Source: Bacteroidota bacterium
Lineage (GTDB): Bacteria; Bacteroidota; Bacteroidia; Chitinophagales; JACZTA01
Assembly (NCBI GenBank): GCA_022573915.1
Contig: JACZTA010000002.1
Location: 1 to 41,507, forward strand
DNA length: 41,507 nucleotides
Direction: 5' to 3'
A model generated the notes under the pieces. It searched no databases. It was given only the letters and a program-made list of their open reading frames with translations, and had not been told where the DNA came from. This document shows positions 8,410-17,332 of this stretch, one piece after another. The position numbers and the translations under genes were made by a program. The stretch's first letter is position 1; each line of letters begins with the position of its first letter.

Positions 8410-9429
8410 ATGTCATTTGTTGGAGGAGAAATATTAGTGGTTGGAGCGGGAAGGATGGGAAGACACCATGTGGTTGGTTTATTGAGCGAAGATGCTGAAA
8501 TGCCAATCACAGTTTGTGATATTGATAAAGAACAGCTGAAACGTCTTGACGAATCTATAGATGATGTGTTCGATAATCTGAAATTCCGGACGCTTGACGA
8601 GGTTCAGGAATCCCACATAAAATATGCCGGAGCGATTATCGCTTCAACCGCTAATAACAGATTGGCTACAATTGAGATGTTGTTAAACAAGGAAGTCAAG
8701 AATCTATTAATTGAAAAGCCTGTCGAGCAATCTTTGGAAAATGTTATTAAGGCAATAGAGTTAGTCAAGCATCACAATGCCAAGGCATTTGTTAACCTCG
8801 TTTTTAGAACCCTCGAACAGTTCCGGGATTTTGAAGTCATGATCAATGACCCTGAATTGTTTGGAGCAATGAAGAACTTTAATTTGATTGGTGGGTCAAT
8901 TGGAATTGCGTGTAATGGAGTACATTATTTAGACATTATTCTAAAAATGACTGGTGCGGATGATTATTCACTTAACGAAGCCTCTATTGATGATGAATTG
9001 ATCGCCAGTCCAAGGGGAACGGAGTTTTTTGATTTTGGCGGCCGAGCTTCCATTGATCTCCTTCGGTCCGGTAAAAAGGTGGCTGAGCTGTTCATAGATT
9101 TATCAGCAACAAGTTCCGCGCTACCTGTACTCGAGATCACTGGAGATAAAGCTAAATTGGCAATTCACTATAAGAAACGTGAGTATACTTTAGTTAAAAG
9201 AATAATGACAAAGAATGATCAAAAAGATGCTGCTAACAAATATACTCCCATTGAATTCTTTGATTTTAAAAAATTCAAGATCACTTCCGGAACTCTCAAT
9301 TGGTTAAACAGTTTCAAGGGCGAACGGGTCGATTTGCCAAAGCTGGAAGAAAATCTTTTAGTGAACCGTCTTATATTTGAATGGTTATCAAGTTCATCAA
9401 AATATCAAAATACATTTCCGATCACATAA
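8410..9429 (+). CDS. Gfo/Idh/MocA-family NAD(P)-dependent oxidoreductase
   Basis: 339 aa. It has the N-terminal Rossmann motif 'ILVVGAGRMGRHH' and the family signature 'LLIEKPVEQSLE' (EKP motif). Confidence 0.7.
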   Translation: MSFVGGEILVVGAGRMGRHHVVGLLSEDAEMPITVCDIDKEQLKRLDESIDDVFDNLKFRTLDEVQESHIKYAGAIIASTANNRLATIEMLLNKEVKNLLIEKPVEQSLENVIKAIELVKHHNAKAFVNLVFRTLEQFRDFEVMINDPELFGAMKNFNLIGGSIGIACNGVHYLDIILKMTGADDYSLNEASIDDELIASPRGTEFFDFGGRASIDLLRSGKKVAELFIDLSATSSALPVLEITGDKAKLAIHYKKREYTLVKRIMTKNDQKDAANKYTPIEFFDFKKFKITSGTLNWLNSFKGERVDLPKLEENLLVNRLIFEWLSSSSKYQNTFPIT

Positions 9430-10616
9430 ATGTAATTTTGGCTGCAAAACTTTCTCATATACTTATCATCCCTTCCTGGTATCCCAACCAATTGCATAAT
9501 AAGGGTTCATTTGTTGAAGATCAGGCGCGAGCCCTTGCGAATTCAGGTTCGAAAATCGTAGTATTCTTGTTCGAAATGATTCGGCCCTTTGACCGGGCAG
9601 TCATTAAATGGAAAAAAGAAGAAGCGCTTGAGTATATCGACGTGAAGTTTCGAAATTGGATTCCTACCCGCCTCTCTGCTGCTCTCTTGAACTTTCAAAA
9701 AAATCTGGTATTGAATAAGATCGGAAGTAGCTTAAAAAAGTATATTAAACTTCACGGGAAACCTGATATTATTCACTTACACAGCATTGTGGAATACGGT
9801 TATGTCACAAAATATTTAAGCGAGCGGTTTAATATCCCCTATGTATTAACCGAACATTATCCCTTTGAAGCAGTTAGCTATGACCCAATTTTTAATGCTT
9901 ATGAAACGATGGCGAATCTTAACGACCTAGTATTGAACGCAAAATCTCGAATTAGCGTAAGTCCTCACTATCAAAGGTTATACTCAGATAAGTTTAATTG
10001 CGAGTTTAATACCATTCCCAACTTAATCCCGATGTTCTTTAGCAAACAAGAAAAGAAGGAAGCTAAGAGAAATGGCAAATTTATATTCTTGAGCGTTGGT
10101 GCACTCATTGCCAGGAAGGGACACGCTTTATTAATTAGAGCTTTTGCTAAAGCGTTCGGTGGAGAGAGCGAATACGTACTCCAAATTGTGGGCAGCGGAA
10201 AACTGTATGATGAACTAATTACCTTACCTCAACATCTGGATATTGAAGGTCAAGTAAATTTCTTAGGTACGCTTGGTAGGGAGGCTATAGTTGACGAATT
10301 TGACCGATGCCGGGTTTCAGTAGTTTCTTCTTCGCATGAAACCTTCAGTATTGTCGTCATTGAATCTTTAATAAGGGGGAAACCGGTTATTTCTACCAAA
10401 TGCGGAGGACCTGAGTCTCTTATTAACGAAACGAATGGGTTATTATGTGAAAATGGTTCGGAAGACGATCTTTGTGCGAAAATGACGGAAATTGTGAAAC
10501 GATACGATGATTTTGATGAAAAGACTATAGTTCAGGATGCACTGGAAAAATATTCGGAAGAGGTTGTGACCGCTAAAATTCAGAAGGTATATACTCGCGT
10601 TTTAGCAAGCATTTAA
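9381..10616 (+). CDS. glycosyltransferase family 4 (GT-B, retaining)
   Basis: 'SSSHETFSIVVIESLIRGKPVISTKCGGPESLI' is the E-x7-E block, and 'FLSVGALIARKG' is also present. The true start may be downstream (for example TTG at ~9438), because the listed start overlaps the previous gene by 49 nt. Confidence 0.8.
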   Translation: MVIKFIKISKYISDHINVILAAKLSHILIIPSWYPNQLHNKGSFVEDQARALANSGSKIVVFLFEMIRPFDRAVIKWKKEEALEYIDVKFRNWIPTRLSAALLNFQKNLVLNKIGSSLKKYIKLHGKPDIIHLHSIVEYGYVTKYLSERFNIPYVLTEHYPFEAVSYDPIFNAYETMANLNDLVLNAKSRISVSPHYQRLYSDKFNCEFNTIPNLIPMFFSKQEKKEAKRNGKFIFLSVGALIARKGHALLIRAFAKAFGGESEYVLQIVGSGKLYDELITLPQHLDIEGQVNFLGTLGREAIVDEFDRCRVSVVSSSHETFSIVVIESLIRGKPVISTKCGGPESLINETNGLLCENGSEDDLCAKMTEIVKRYDDFDEKTIVQDALEKYSEEVVTAKIQKVYTRVLASI

Positions 10617-10640
10617 AGATAAATATCCTCGAATTAAAAG

Positions 10641-11762
10641 ATGAAAAAGATATTTTTTTACCTGAGCATAGTGTTGGTTATAGCGATAATCTTCGAAATA
10701 ATGGTCAGAGGTATGCTACCAAGACCTGGGGAGTTGCAACTTGATCCTCAAAATATCGAAGGATTGTTGAGAAGACATCCACAAAGAAGTTATGCTTACC
10801 AACCGGGCTTCAATGGACGGATTACTACAGATGACTATGATATCGAAGTAGTGATTAATATTGATGGGATGCGCGACAAGCAAGTAGAACCTTCACAAAC
10901 GGTTAAAATTTTGGCGATTGGTGATTCGTTCACCGTGGGCTATGGGGTAGAGAACGAGGAGGCTTGGCCGCATCAACTGGAATTATTGATCAATAGGGAT
11001 ACCGCAGGAGGGTACAAACGAGTATTGAATGGAGGTGTCTCCGGGTATAGTGTGCGGCAAGCAAGAATGGTATACGAGGAATACGACTCCATCTACTTTC
11101 CTAAAATGGTCATACTTGGGCTTTATACTACCAGATATTGGCGACTCAACGATCCATACACATTTTACCATGGGTATGCCATTCAATCTTCTAAGGTAGA
11201 TCAGCTGTTCAAAACCTCGAAGGGTATCATTTATTCGCCATACAGCAATAAAAAGAAGAGAGACCTTGATCTTTGGCTAAAGAGATATTTTTATGTAGGT
11301 GGCCATCTTTCACATCGGTTGGCTGGAGTTTCAATGGGTGAGAAAGAAAAATCAGATATAGCAAACGTACCCATCCGCCCACAAAATTTTGACAAGACGT
11401 TTACTACTCTTGTCCAATTATATGACGAGATCATCAAATTAAATGAGAAACTCTTAGATCGTAATCAAGAACTAATTATTTTATTGATTGAGGACCAAAA
11501 TAAAGATGGTTCGTATGGGGAGTCAGGAAAAAAGTATAATGATCAGGTGGTTAAATTTTGCAAGGAGACAGGTATAAGGGTAATTAATACTATCCCTGAG
11601 TTTGAAAAACTTGCTGAGGGGAAACCGATATTTCGTCTGGGGAACGATCATCATTGGTCTAAAGAAGCGCACAAAGTAGTAGCTTCAATTATTATGGATT
11701 CACTAATTGAATCCAGTGCGAATAATCATTGGATGGAAACCCAAGTCTTACCTGCAAGGTAG
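10641..11762 (+). CDS. membrane-anchored SGNH/GDSL-type protein, AlgJ/AlgX-like with a DHHW motif (putative glycan O-acetyl-transferase or esterase)
   Basis: It has an N-terminal TM helix 'IFFYLSIVLVIAIIFEIMV'. Block I is 'ILAIGDSFTVGYG', block II is 'NGGVSGYS', and the C-terminal motif is 'GNDHHWSKEAH'. Confidence 0.7.
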   Translation: MKKIFFYLSIVLVIAIIFEIMVRGMLPRPGELQLDPQNIEGLLRRHPQRSYAYQPGFNGRITTDDYDIEVVINIDGMRDKQVEPSQTVKILAIGDSFTVGYGVENEEAWPHQLELLINRDTAGGYKRVLNGGVSGYSVRQARMVYEEYDSIYFPKMVILGLYTTRYWRLNDPYTFYHGYAIQSSKVDQLFKTSKGIIYSPYSNKKKRDLDLWLKRYFYVGGHLSHRLAGVSMGEKEKSDIANVPIRPQNFDKTFTTLVQLYDEIIKLNEKLLDRNQELIILLIEDQNKDGSYGESGKKYNDQVVKFCKETGIRVINTIPEFEKLAEGKPIFRLGNDHHWSKEAHKVVASIIMDSLIESSANNHWMETQVLPAR

Positions 11763-11988
11763 ATCCAGTTATTAAGCAAGGTTGATTAATTGCCAGAAAT
11801 GAATCCGGTGCTCTTTGATAATAGCAATGAAAAGTATTACCGTAAAAAAGATTTTAAGGAAGAGTCCATGAAAATTCTACTTGAAAACTTTGCAAAAGGG
11901 ATAGTTGGTGAATATTTATCCACGAGGGGTGAATGAATTGATGAATTTCCAATTATAGAAATCCCAGGGATTAAAGGATATTAAGAAC

Positions 11989-12599
11989 ATGAAAGCCAAA
12001 ATGTATCATTATGTATGTCCGTTCGATGAAGATTTCCCCTATCTTAGGAATCTGGACCAAGAAGATTTTAAAAAACAGCTGCAAGGCAGGAAAACGATGA
12101 CTTCACTTTATTGGTAAAGCGGATTTTAAATTATTTTATATCATACGAATTCAGAGAAGGAGTCATTGATCAGTTGATCGAAAACTTTATACCTGCCGTT
12201 GAAAAGATATTTAAAAGCTATTACGTTAGCCCTGCTGAAATCAAAGAAATGAGTGAGAAAGGGATGCTCATTGGAAGTCATTCGATCGATCATCCGGTTA
12301 TGTCGAGATTAACGAATGAAGAACAGGTCCGGCAAATTTCGGAGTCTTTTAAATTTCTTGAAAGTCTTACTACTAAACATAATAATGTCAAAACTTTTTG
12401 CTATCCATACGGTGGTTTTCATTCTTTTTCAAACGAAACGGAAGCAATCTTAGACTCATTTGACTGCTTATTTTCCTTTAATGTTGAACAACGGGATATC
12501 AGCTTCAATGATGTTTCACAAAGGCCACAGGCACTACCCAGGTATGATTGTAATCAGTTTAAACATGGACAGGTAAAATTGAATCAAACAGGTATTTAA
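11989..12599 (+). pseudogene. polysaccharide deacetylase (NodB-type, CPS-locus family), disrupted by a frameshift and an internal deletion
   Basis: The N-terminal 'MKAKMYHYVCPFDEDFPYLRNLDQEDFKKQLQ' (11989-12117) stops after 42 codons. The C-terminal part resumes in another frame at 12111 ('GMLIGSHSIDHPVMSRL...FCYPYGG...LPRYDCNQF'). The expected 'TFDDG' metal and catalytic block between them is absent. Confidence 0.6.
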
Positions 12600-12641
12600 C
12601 AGATGTTCTCTGCAGAGAGCTGGGAATGAACAAAAGATAGC

Positions 12642-13787
12642 ATGAGCCGATCAAGGTATAAGACAATGCGTGATTATTTTTTTGTGATATTAATCTGCCT
12701 TGTAGTGGCTGAGTTAACTGTCCAGCTATTCGAAAACTACTTAAAATCGGGTAAGGAGAAATTGGTTCATATGTATGTGAGGCATGAGATTGGCAATGGA
12801 ACTTATGAATTGTTGCCCAATCTAAACTTAAAGGCGCGGGTCGAGAATAGAAATGTAACTCTCCGTACGAATTCTAAAGGGATGCCATGGCATGAGGTTG
12901 ACTATAAAAAACCTGCAGGTATTACTCGAATAGCTTTCATAGGTGACTCCTTCACTTTTGGTGAGTGGGCCGATGATAATATACGTGGTGGGTTTGTTGG
13001 AGTTTTTGATTCATTATTGGCTCGTGACGACATTGAGGTGTTAAATTTTGGCGTTCCCGGATATGGTTATTTAGAGATGGCTGTGATGATTCGTGAGAAG
13101 TTATCTAGGTTTGACCCGGATATTTTATTCCTGATGAGTTATGCTGGCAACGATTTCGAAAATACCTGGCAGCAAATTCAATATTACAAGCTGCCATCGG
13201 GTGTTGAAACATCTCCTGTTCACATCATGACTGACACTTCGCAATCTGATGTAAAAATATTGCCATTCAAATTAAAGCTTCATAAATATTTGGGTCTGTA
13301 CCGATTTTACGGGCACGTTGGTAATTACTTTATTATTCGGAAATTAAAAAACTCGAATCCATTTGACATCAAATCAGAGCTTCTTTCTTATCCATTGAAG
13401 TCTTGGTCGAAACCTCCCTATAATGCAGCTGAACAAACAATTGTGGATATATCGCTTAACAAAGTCTCTGAAATTCATCAATATTGCAAGTCGCAGGGCA
13501 TCCGGCTATATATTGTTACCATTCCGGAGGATGCGCAGATTTACAGCGCTGAAATGAGTGGCGATGGTTTTGATATCAACTATCCTCAGGAACTGCTCAG
13601 GAGGTATTGTGCGGACTCCGGTATTGTATATTATGATCTGCTTCCACAACTTCGGGCACATGTGATCAAAAATCAAAGGCATATTTATACTATTTGGAAT
13701 GATCATTTTAATAATGAAGGACATTTCGTGACCGGAAAATATTTGGTGGAGTGGTATCTATCACTCGATAAGAATGGAGCCAACTAA
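12642..13787 (+). CDS. membrane-anchored SGNH/GDSL-type protein, paralog of 10641-11762
   Basis: It has the TM helix 'YFFVILICLVVAELTV'. Block I is 'IAFIGDSFTFGEW', block II 'NFGVPGYG', block III 'SYAGNDFEN' and block V 'WNDHFNNEGH'. Confidence 0.7.
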   Translation: MSRSRYKTMRDYFFVILICLVVAELTVQLFENYLKSGKEKLVHMYVRHEIGNGTYELLPNLNLKARVENRNVTLRTNSKGMPWHEVDYKKPAGITRIAFIGDSFTFGEWADDNIRGGFVGVFDSLLARDDIEVLNFGVPGYGYLEMAVMIREKLSRFDPDILFLMSYAGNDFENTWQQIQYYKLPSGVETSPVHIMTDTSQSDVKILPFKLKLHKYLGLYRFYGHVGNYFIIRKLKNSNPFDIKSELLSYPLKSWSKPPYNAAEQTIVDISLNKVSEIHQYCKSQGIRLYIVTIPEDAQIYSAEMSGDGFDINYPQELLRRYCADSGIVYYDLLPQLRAHVIKNQRHIYTIWNDHFNNEGHFVTGKYLVEWYLSLDKNGAN

Positions 13788-13790
13788 CTT

Positions 13791-14834
13791 ATGAAGAAGA
13801 TATTGGTCATTGTTGGCACTCGTCCTAATTTTATCAAGATAACGCAGTTGCCGAAAGCATTTGAACCATACGCCAAGAGCGTGGAGTTGAAGATCTTACA
13901 TACGGGTCAACATTATGATAAGAATCTCTCCGATGTATTTTTTGAACAATTTAATCTGTGGCCTGATTTTAATTTGGATATAAAACCGGCATCGCCTGTG
14001 ACGCAGATCGCCGAAATGATCATTGCGTTGGAGGCTTTTATTCAAAATGAGTATCAACCGGATTTGCTTGTTGCTGTGGGAGATGTGAATTCTACTCTGG
14101 CTTGCGCGATTGTGGCTACCAAACTGAGTATTAGATTGGCTCATATTGAAAGCGGGCTACGTAGTTACGATAAGACCATGCCGGAAGAGATAAACCGAGT
14201 GATCACAGATGAGATTGCAGACATTTGTTTCGTCACCGAAAAAAGTGGAGAAAATAATTTGTTAAAAGAGGGGAAGTCCGAGGATACATTACATTTTTCA
14301 GGAAACACCATGATTGATACGCTGGTTGCCTTTCAGGAATCTATCGATGGCTCAGATGTACTGGATAACTTGCACCTGCAACCGGCGGATTATGCTTTGA
14401 TCACGACCCACAGGCAAGCCCTCGTTGATAATGAGGATAATATGAAAAGATTGCAGTCTATAATTTATTCAGTAGCCCAAAAGATTGGTCTTGTATATCC
14501 AATACATCCGCGAACCATGAAGCAATTGAAGGAGTTCGGTCTGTACGATAAACTGCAGGCATCTGAACAAATAAAATTAATAGATCCTGCAGATTATTTC
14601 TCAAAGCAAGAGACTTCGCATTATGATATACCCTGCTTAACGTTGAGGCCTAACACAGAACTATTGAGTACACTTGATCCCGGAACAAATGTATTGGTTA
14701 ATCTGGATGAGGATCTCATTAATCAGGAAGTGGAGAAGATTTTTGAAGGAACTTTTAAGTCGGGTGCTACGCCCGAGTATTGGGATGGGAAGGCCTCAGC
14801 AAGGATTGCTGAAAAGTTAAACGAAATTGTCTAG
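13791..14834 (+). CDS. wecB: UDP-N-acetylglucosamine 2-epimerase (non-hydrolysing), WecB-like, with an apparent in-frame deletion of the DSGG-QEE nucleotide-binding block
   Basis: 'ILVIVGTRPNFIKI', 'HTGQHYD' and 'GDVNSTLA' are classic WecB motifs. Around aa 269-275, however, 'DPADYFSKQETSHYDIPCLTLRPNTE' lacks the ~18 residues (..f..L...a..vlTDSGGi) that normally sit between Y and QEE. Confidence 0.75.
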   Translation: MKKILVIVGTRPNFIKITQLPKAFEPYAKSVELKILHTGQHYDKNLSDVFFEQFNLWPDFNLDIKPASPVTQIAEMIIALEAFIQNEYQPDLLVAVGDVNSTLACAIVATKLSIRLAHIESGLRSYDKTMPEEINRVITDEIADICFVTEKSGENNLLKEGKSEDTLHFSGNTMIDTLVAFQESIDGSDVLDNLHLQPADYALITTHRQALVDNEDNMKRLQSIIYSVAQKIGLVYPIHPRTMKQLKEFGLYDKLQASEQIKLIDPADYFSKQETSHYDIPCLTLRPNTELLSTLDPGTNVLVNLDEDLINQEVEKIFEGTFKSGATPEYWDGKASARIAEKLNEIV

Positions 14835-16010
14835 ATGAAGATCATCTATTTCTCTGCTCATCCCCAACTAAATCTCTCTGATAGATCCGGATATGCTACC
14901 CATATGAATGGTATGATAAGGGCATTCGGAAAAAAGGGGCATGAAGTTTTACCAATCATTGCGGGTGGAGCGGTTGAAGGGTTGGGTGCTAAGAGGGATA
15001 AGAAGAATAACCTTAAGGGATGGGCAAAAGCTGTTATTCCCACTTATTTTTGGGAATCTATCAAGGACTATAACCTGCTTAAAAAGAACATTGGTGCACT
15101 TGCTGATCTCACAAAAGGAATAAAGGAATTTAATCCGGACCTAATTTATGAGCGCGCATGTTATTTGAGCTTTGAAGGAATAAAAGCAGCTAACGATTTA
15201 GGTGTAAAACATATATTGGAAGTTAATGCGCCACTTGTTGAAGAAAAGGACGTGTTAGAATCGCGCTCCTATTTTTATGGTGGTGCATTAAAAACGGAAC
15301 GGAGTCAGCTAGGATCAACGTCCAGAATTGTCGTCGTTTCGGAAATCTTACAGGATTATTTTTTAAAGAAGTATGATCTTCCACAGTCTAAGTTCATCGT
15401 TACTCCAAATGCCGTTGATCCATCACGAATAGAGTTTTCGCAGCAAAGACAAGAAGAGATCATCGCAGAATATCGATTGGAAAGCAAAACAGTTATTGGG
15501 TTTGTGGGTTCGTTTTTTAAATGGCACGGATTGAGTATGTTGATTTCAGCTTTTAAGTCTCTCGAAACAGAGTTTTCTAATCTCGCATTGTTCATAGTTG
15601 GAGACGGTGAGGAGTCTAAGGAACTCCAGCTACTAGCAGGTGATTCTCTCAATAACTCCATCCATTTCACTGGAAACGTTGCTCCCGAGGAGGTGTCTGA
15701 CTACATAAATATAATTCACATAGCCACGATGCCGGCATCCAATTGGTATGGATCGCCAATGAAGATCTTTGAATATGGCAGCCTAGGCAGGGCTATTATT
15801 GCTCCCGACGAAGCTCCATTGAAGGAGGTTATGGAGCATAACGTGGATGGCTTGCTTATTAAGCCAGCAGCGGAATCCTTGAAACAAGCATTGCGAGAAC
15901 TGATTAACAACGACCAAAAGAGGATTGAATTAGGAAAAAACTTCCAAAAAAAGGTACTGGACCTGCATACGTGGAATCATAATGTGGATGCAGTACTGGA
16001 AGGATTCTAA
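14835..16010 (+). CDS. glycosyltransferase family 4
   Basis: 391 aa. Evidence is 'GFVGSFFKWHG' and the E-x7-E region 'GSPMKIFEYGSLGRAIIAPD'. The start immediately follows the wecB-like stop. Confidence 0.8.
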   Translation: MKIIYFSAHPQLNLSDRSGYATHMNGMIRAFGKKGHEVLPIIAGGAVEGLGAKRDKKNNLKGWAKAVIPTYFWESIKDYNLLKKNIGALADLTKGIKEFNPDLIYERACYLSFEGIKAANDLGVKHILEVNAPLVEEKDVLESRSYFYGGALKTERSQLGSTSRIVVVSEILQDYFLKKYDLPQSKFIVTPNAVDPSRIEFSQQRQEEIIAEYRLESKTVIGFVGSFFKWHGLSMLISAFKSLETEFSNLALFIVGDGEESKELQLLAGDSLNNSIHFTGNVAPEEVSDYINIIHIATMPASNWYGSPMKIFEYGSLGRAIIAPDEAPLKEVMEHNVDGLLIKPAAESLKQALRELINNDQKRIELGKNFQKKVLDLHTWNHNVDAVLEGF

Positions 16011-16041
16011 TCATCATTCCGGTTCAGGATGCTGGTTGATC

Positions 16042-17310
16042 TTATTTCAACAACTGAATTATTCCTTGAGTTAATTTAGAAATCTCATATTCGGAGATGT
16101 CGAAGTGATCAACAGAGAGTAAAATGTTGTTCTCGTGATGTTCTAATATGTCTAGCAATGATTTTTCAATTTGGTTTTCGTTGAGTGCATATCCTATTTT
16201 ATTTTCAGCAATAAATTCACTCGTCTTTCCTTTTTTTGAAAAGCAAACTATCGGTGTGTCATTGGCAAGATATTCATAGAACTTTGTGCTGAACGAATAG
16301 TTAAGGTCATCTGTCAAGAACAGCATACCCAGATGTGATCTTGCTATTTTATAATGCACCTGATCAAGAGGAATAACGCCTCCGTACCTAATAGCTTCGT
16401 GATTTTGAACAAGGTCAAAGAAACTATCGGGAACATCTCCATAAAAATCAAATTGAAAAATCTTATAAAGATGCGGCGAGTTTTTTTTAATGTTGTTCAG
16501 TGCGCCTATAAATTCCTGAAATAAATGCATTGCCTTGATGTACAATGTTCCGGTAAATATTAATCTCAATTTATCACCGGGGATTTTCTCATTTGTTTTT
16601 TCCGGCAAGTCATGCCTGTCGAAACCGTTTACGATGGTAACAAACTTATTTTTATTCGTGCTGGCGTGATGAGATATGTGTTTGAAATATTCTGTCATGT
16701 TTTCTGATACCGAAATGATATAATCAGCCTTATTAATCACTTTTTTTTCAGCATTGATTTCGAAATTCATTCTTTTTTTCGAGAGTGAAGTAAATCCGTA
16801 GGATGTTTTATTATTCGCCCAGGGATCTCTGAAGTCCACGATAAAATTGATCTCAGGAAATTTATTTTTTAGATTGGATAACAAGTAAGCTTGAATGAAT
16901 GGAGCGCAGGTTACGATCAGGTTATTATACCCATTTGCAATCTCTTTCTCAATAATAGGTATCAACCTTTTACTCCAATGAGCACTACTATCATAGTAAT
17001 TGCCCTTTAGTTTCAGCATCGAATACCATTTTGAAATTCTATAGAGAACTTTCTCTTGAAATGTTCGTGGTTTGATTCCCAAGTATTTAGGATACCCTGA
17101 GTTGATATAGGTGATATTGTTCTTGATAAGTTCCAGGTCATGAAGCCAGGGAGATATTTCGTTCATTTGGTTTATTGCTGCTATTACCTTTACGTCTACA
17201 TTGTTCGTGTTAAGGTATTTCGCAAATTTTACCCACCTTCTTCCGCCTATACCAGGTGCGGGTGGAAAGGTAAAAGAGATAAGTAACACCTTTTTAGTAC
17301 CTGTTGTCAT
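16042..17310 (-). CDS. glycosyltransferase, GT4-like (GT-B)
   Basis: 422 aa. It has the N-terminal 'VLLISFTFPPAPGIGGRRW' and the C-terminal 'FSTKFYEYLANDTPIVCFSKKG'. Confidence 0.7.
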   Translation of the reverse strand: MTTGTKKVLLISFTFPPAPGIGGRRWVKFAKYLNTNNVDVKVIAAINQMNEISPWLHDLELIKNNITYINSGYPKYLGIKPRTFQEKVLYRISKWYSMLKLKGNYYDSSAHWSKRLIPIIEKEIANGYNNLIVTCAPFIQAYLLSNLKNKFPEINFIVDFRDPWANNKTSYGFTSLSKKRMNFEINAEKKVINKADYIISVSENMTEYFKHISHHASTNKNKFVTIVNGFDRHDLPEKTNEKIPGDKLRLIFTGTLYIKAMHLFQEFIGALNNIKKNSPHLYKIFQFDFYGDVPDSFFDLVQNHEAIRYGGVIPLDQVHYKIARSHLGMLFLTDDLNYSFSTKFYEYLANDTPIVCFSKKGKTSEFIAENKIGYALNENQIEKSLLDILEHHENNILLSVDHFDISEYEISKLTQGIIQLLK

Positions 17311-17332
17311 TTATTATTAGCGATAGTCTTAT

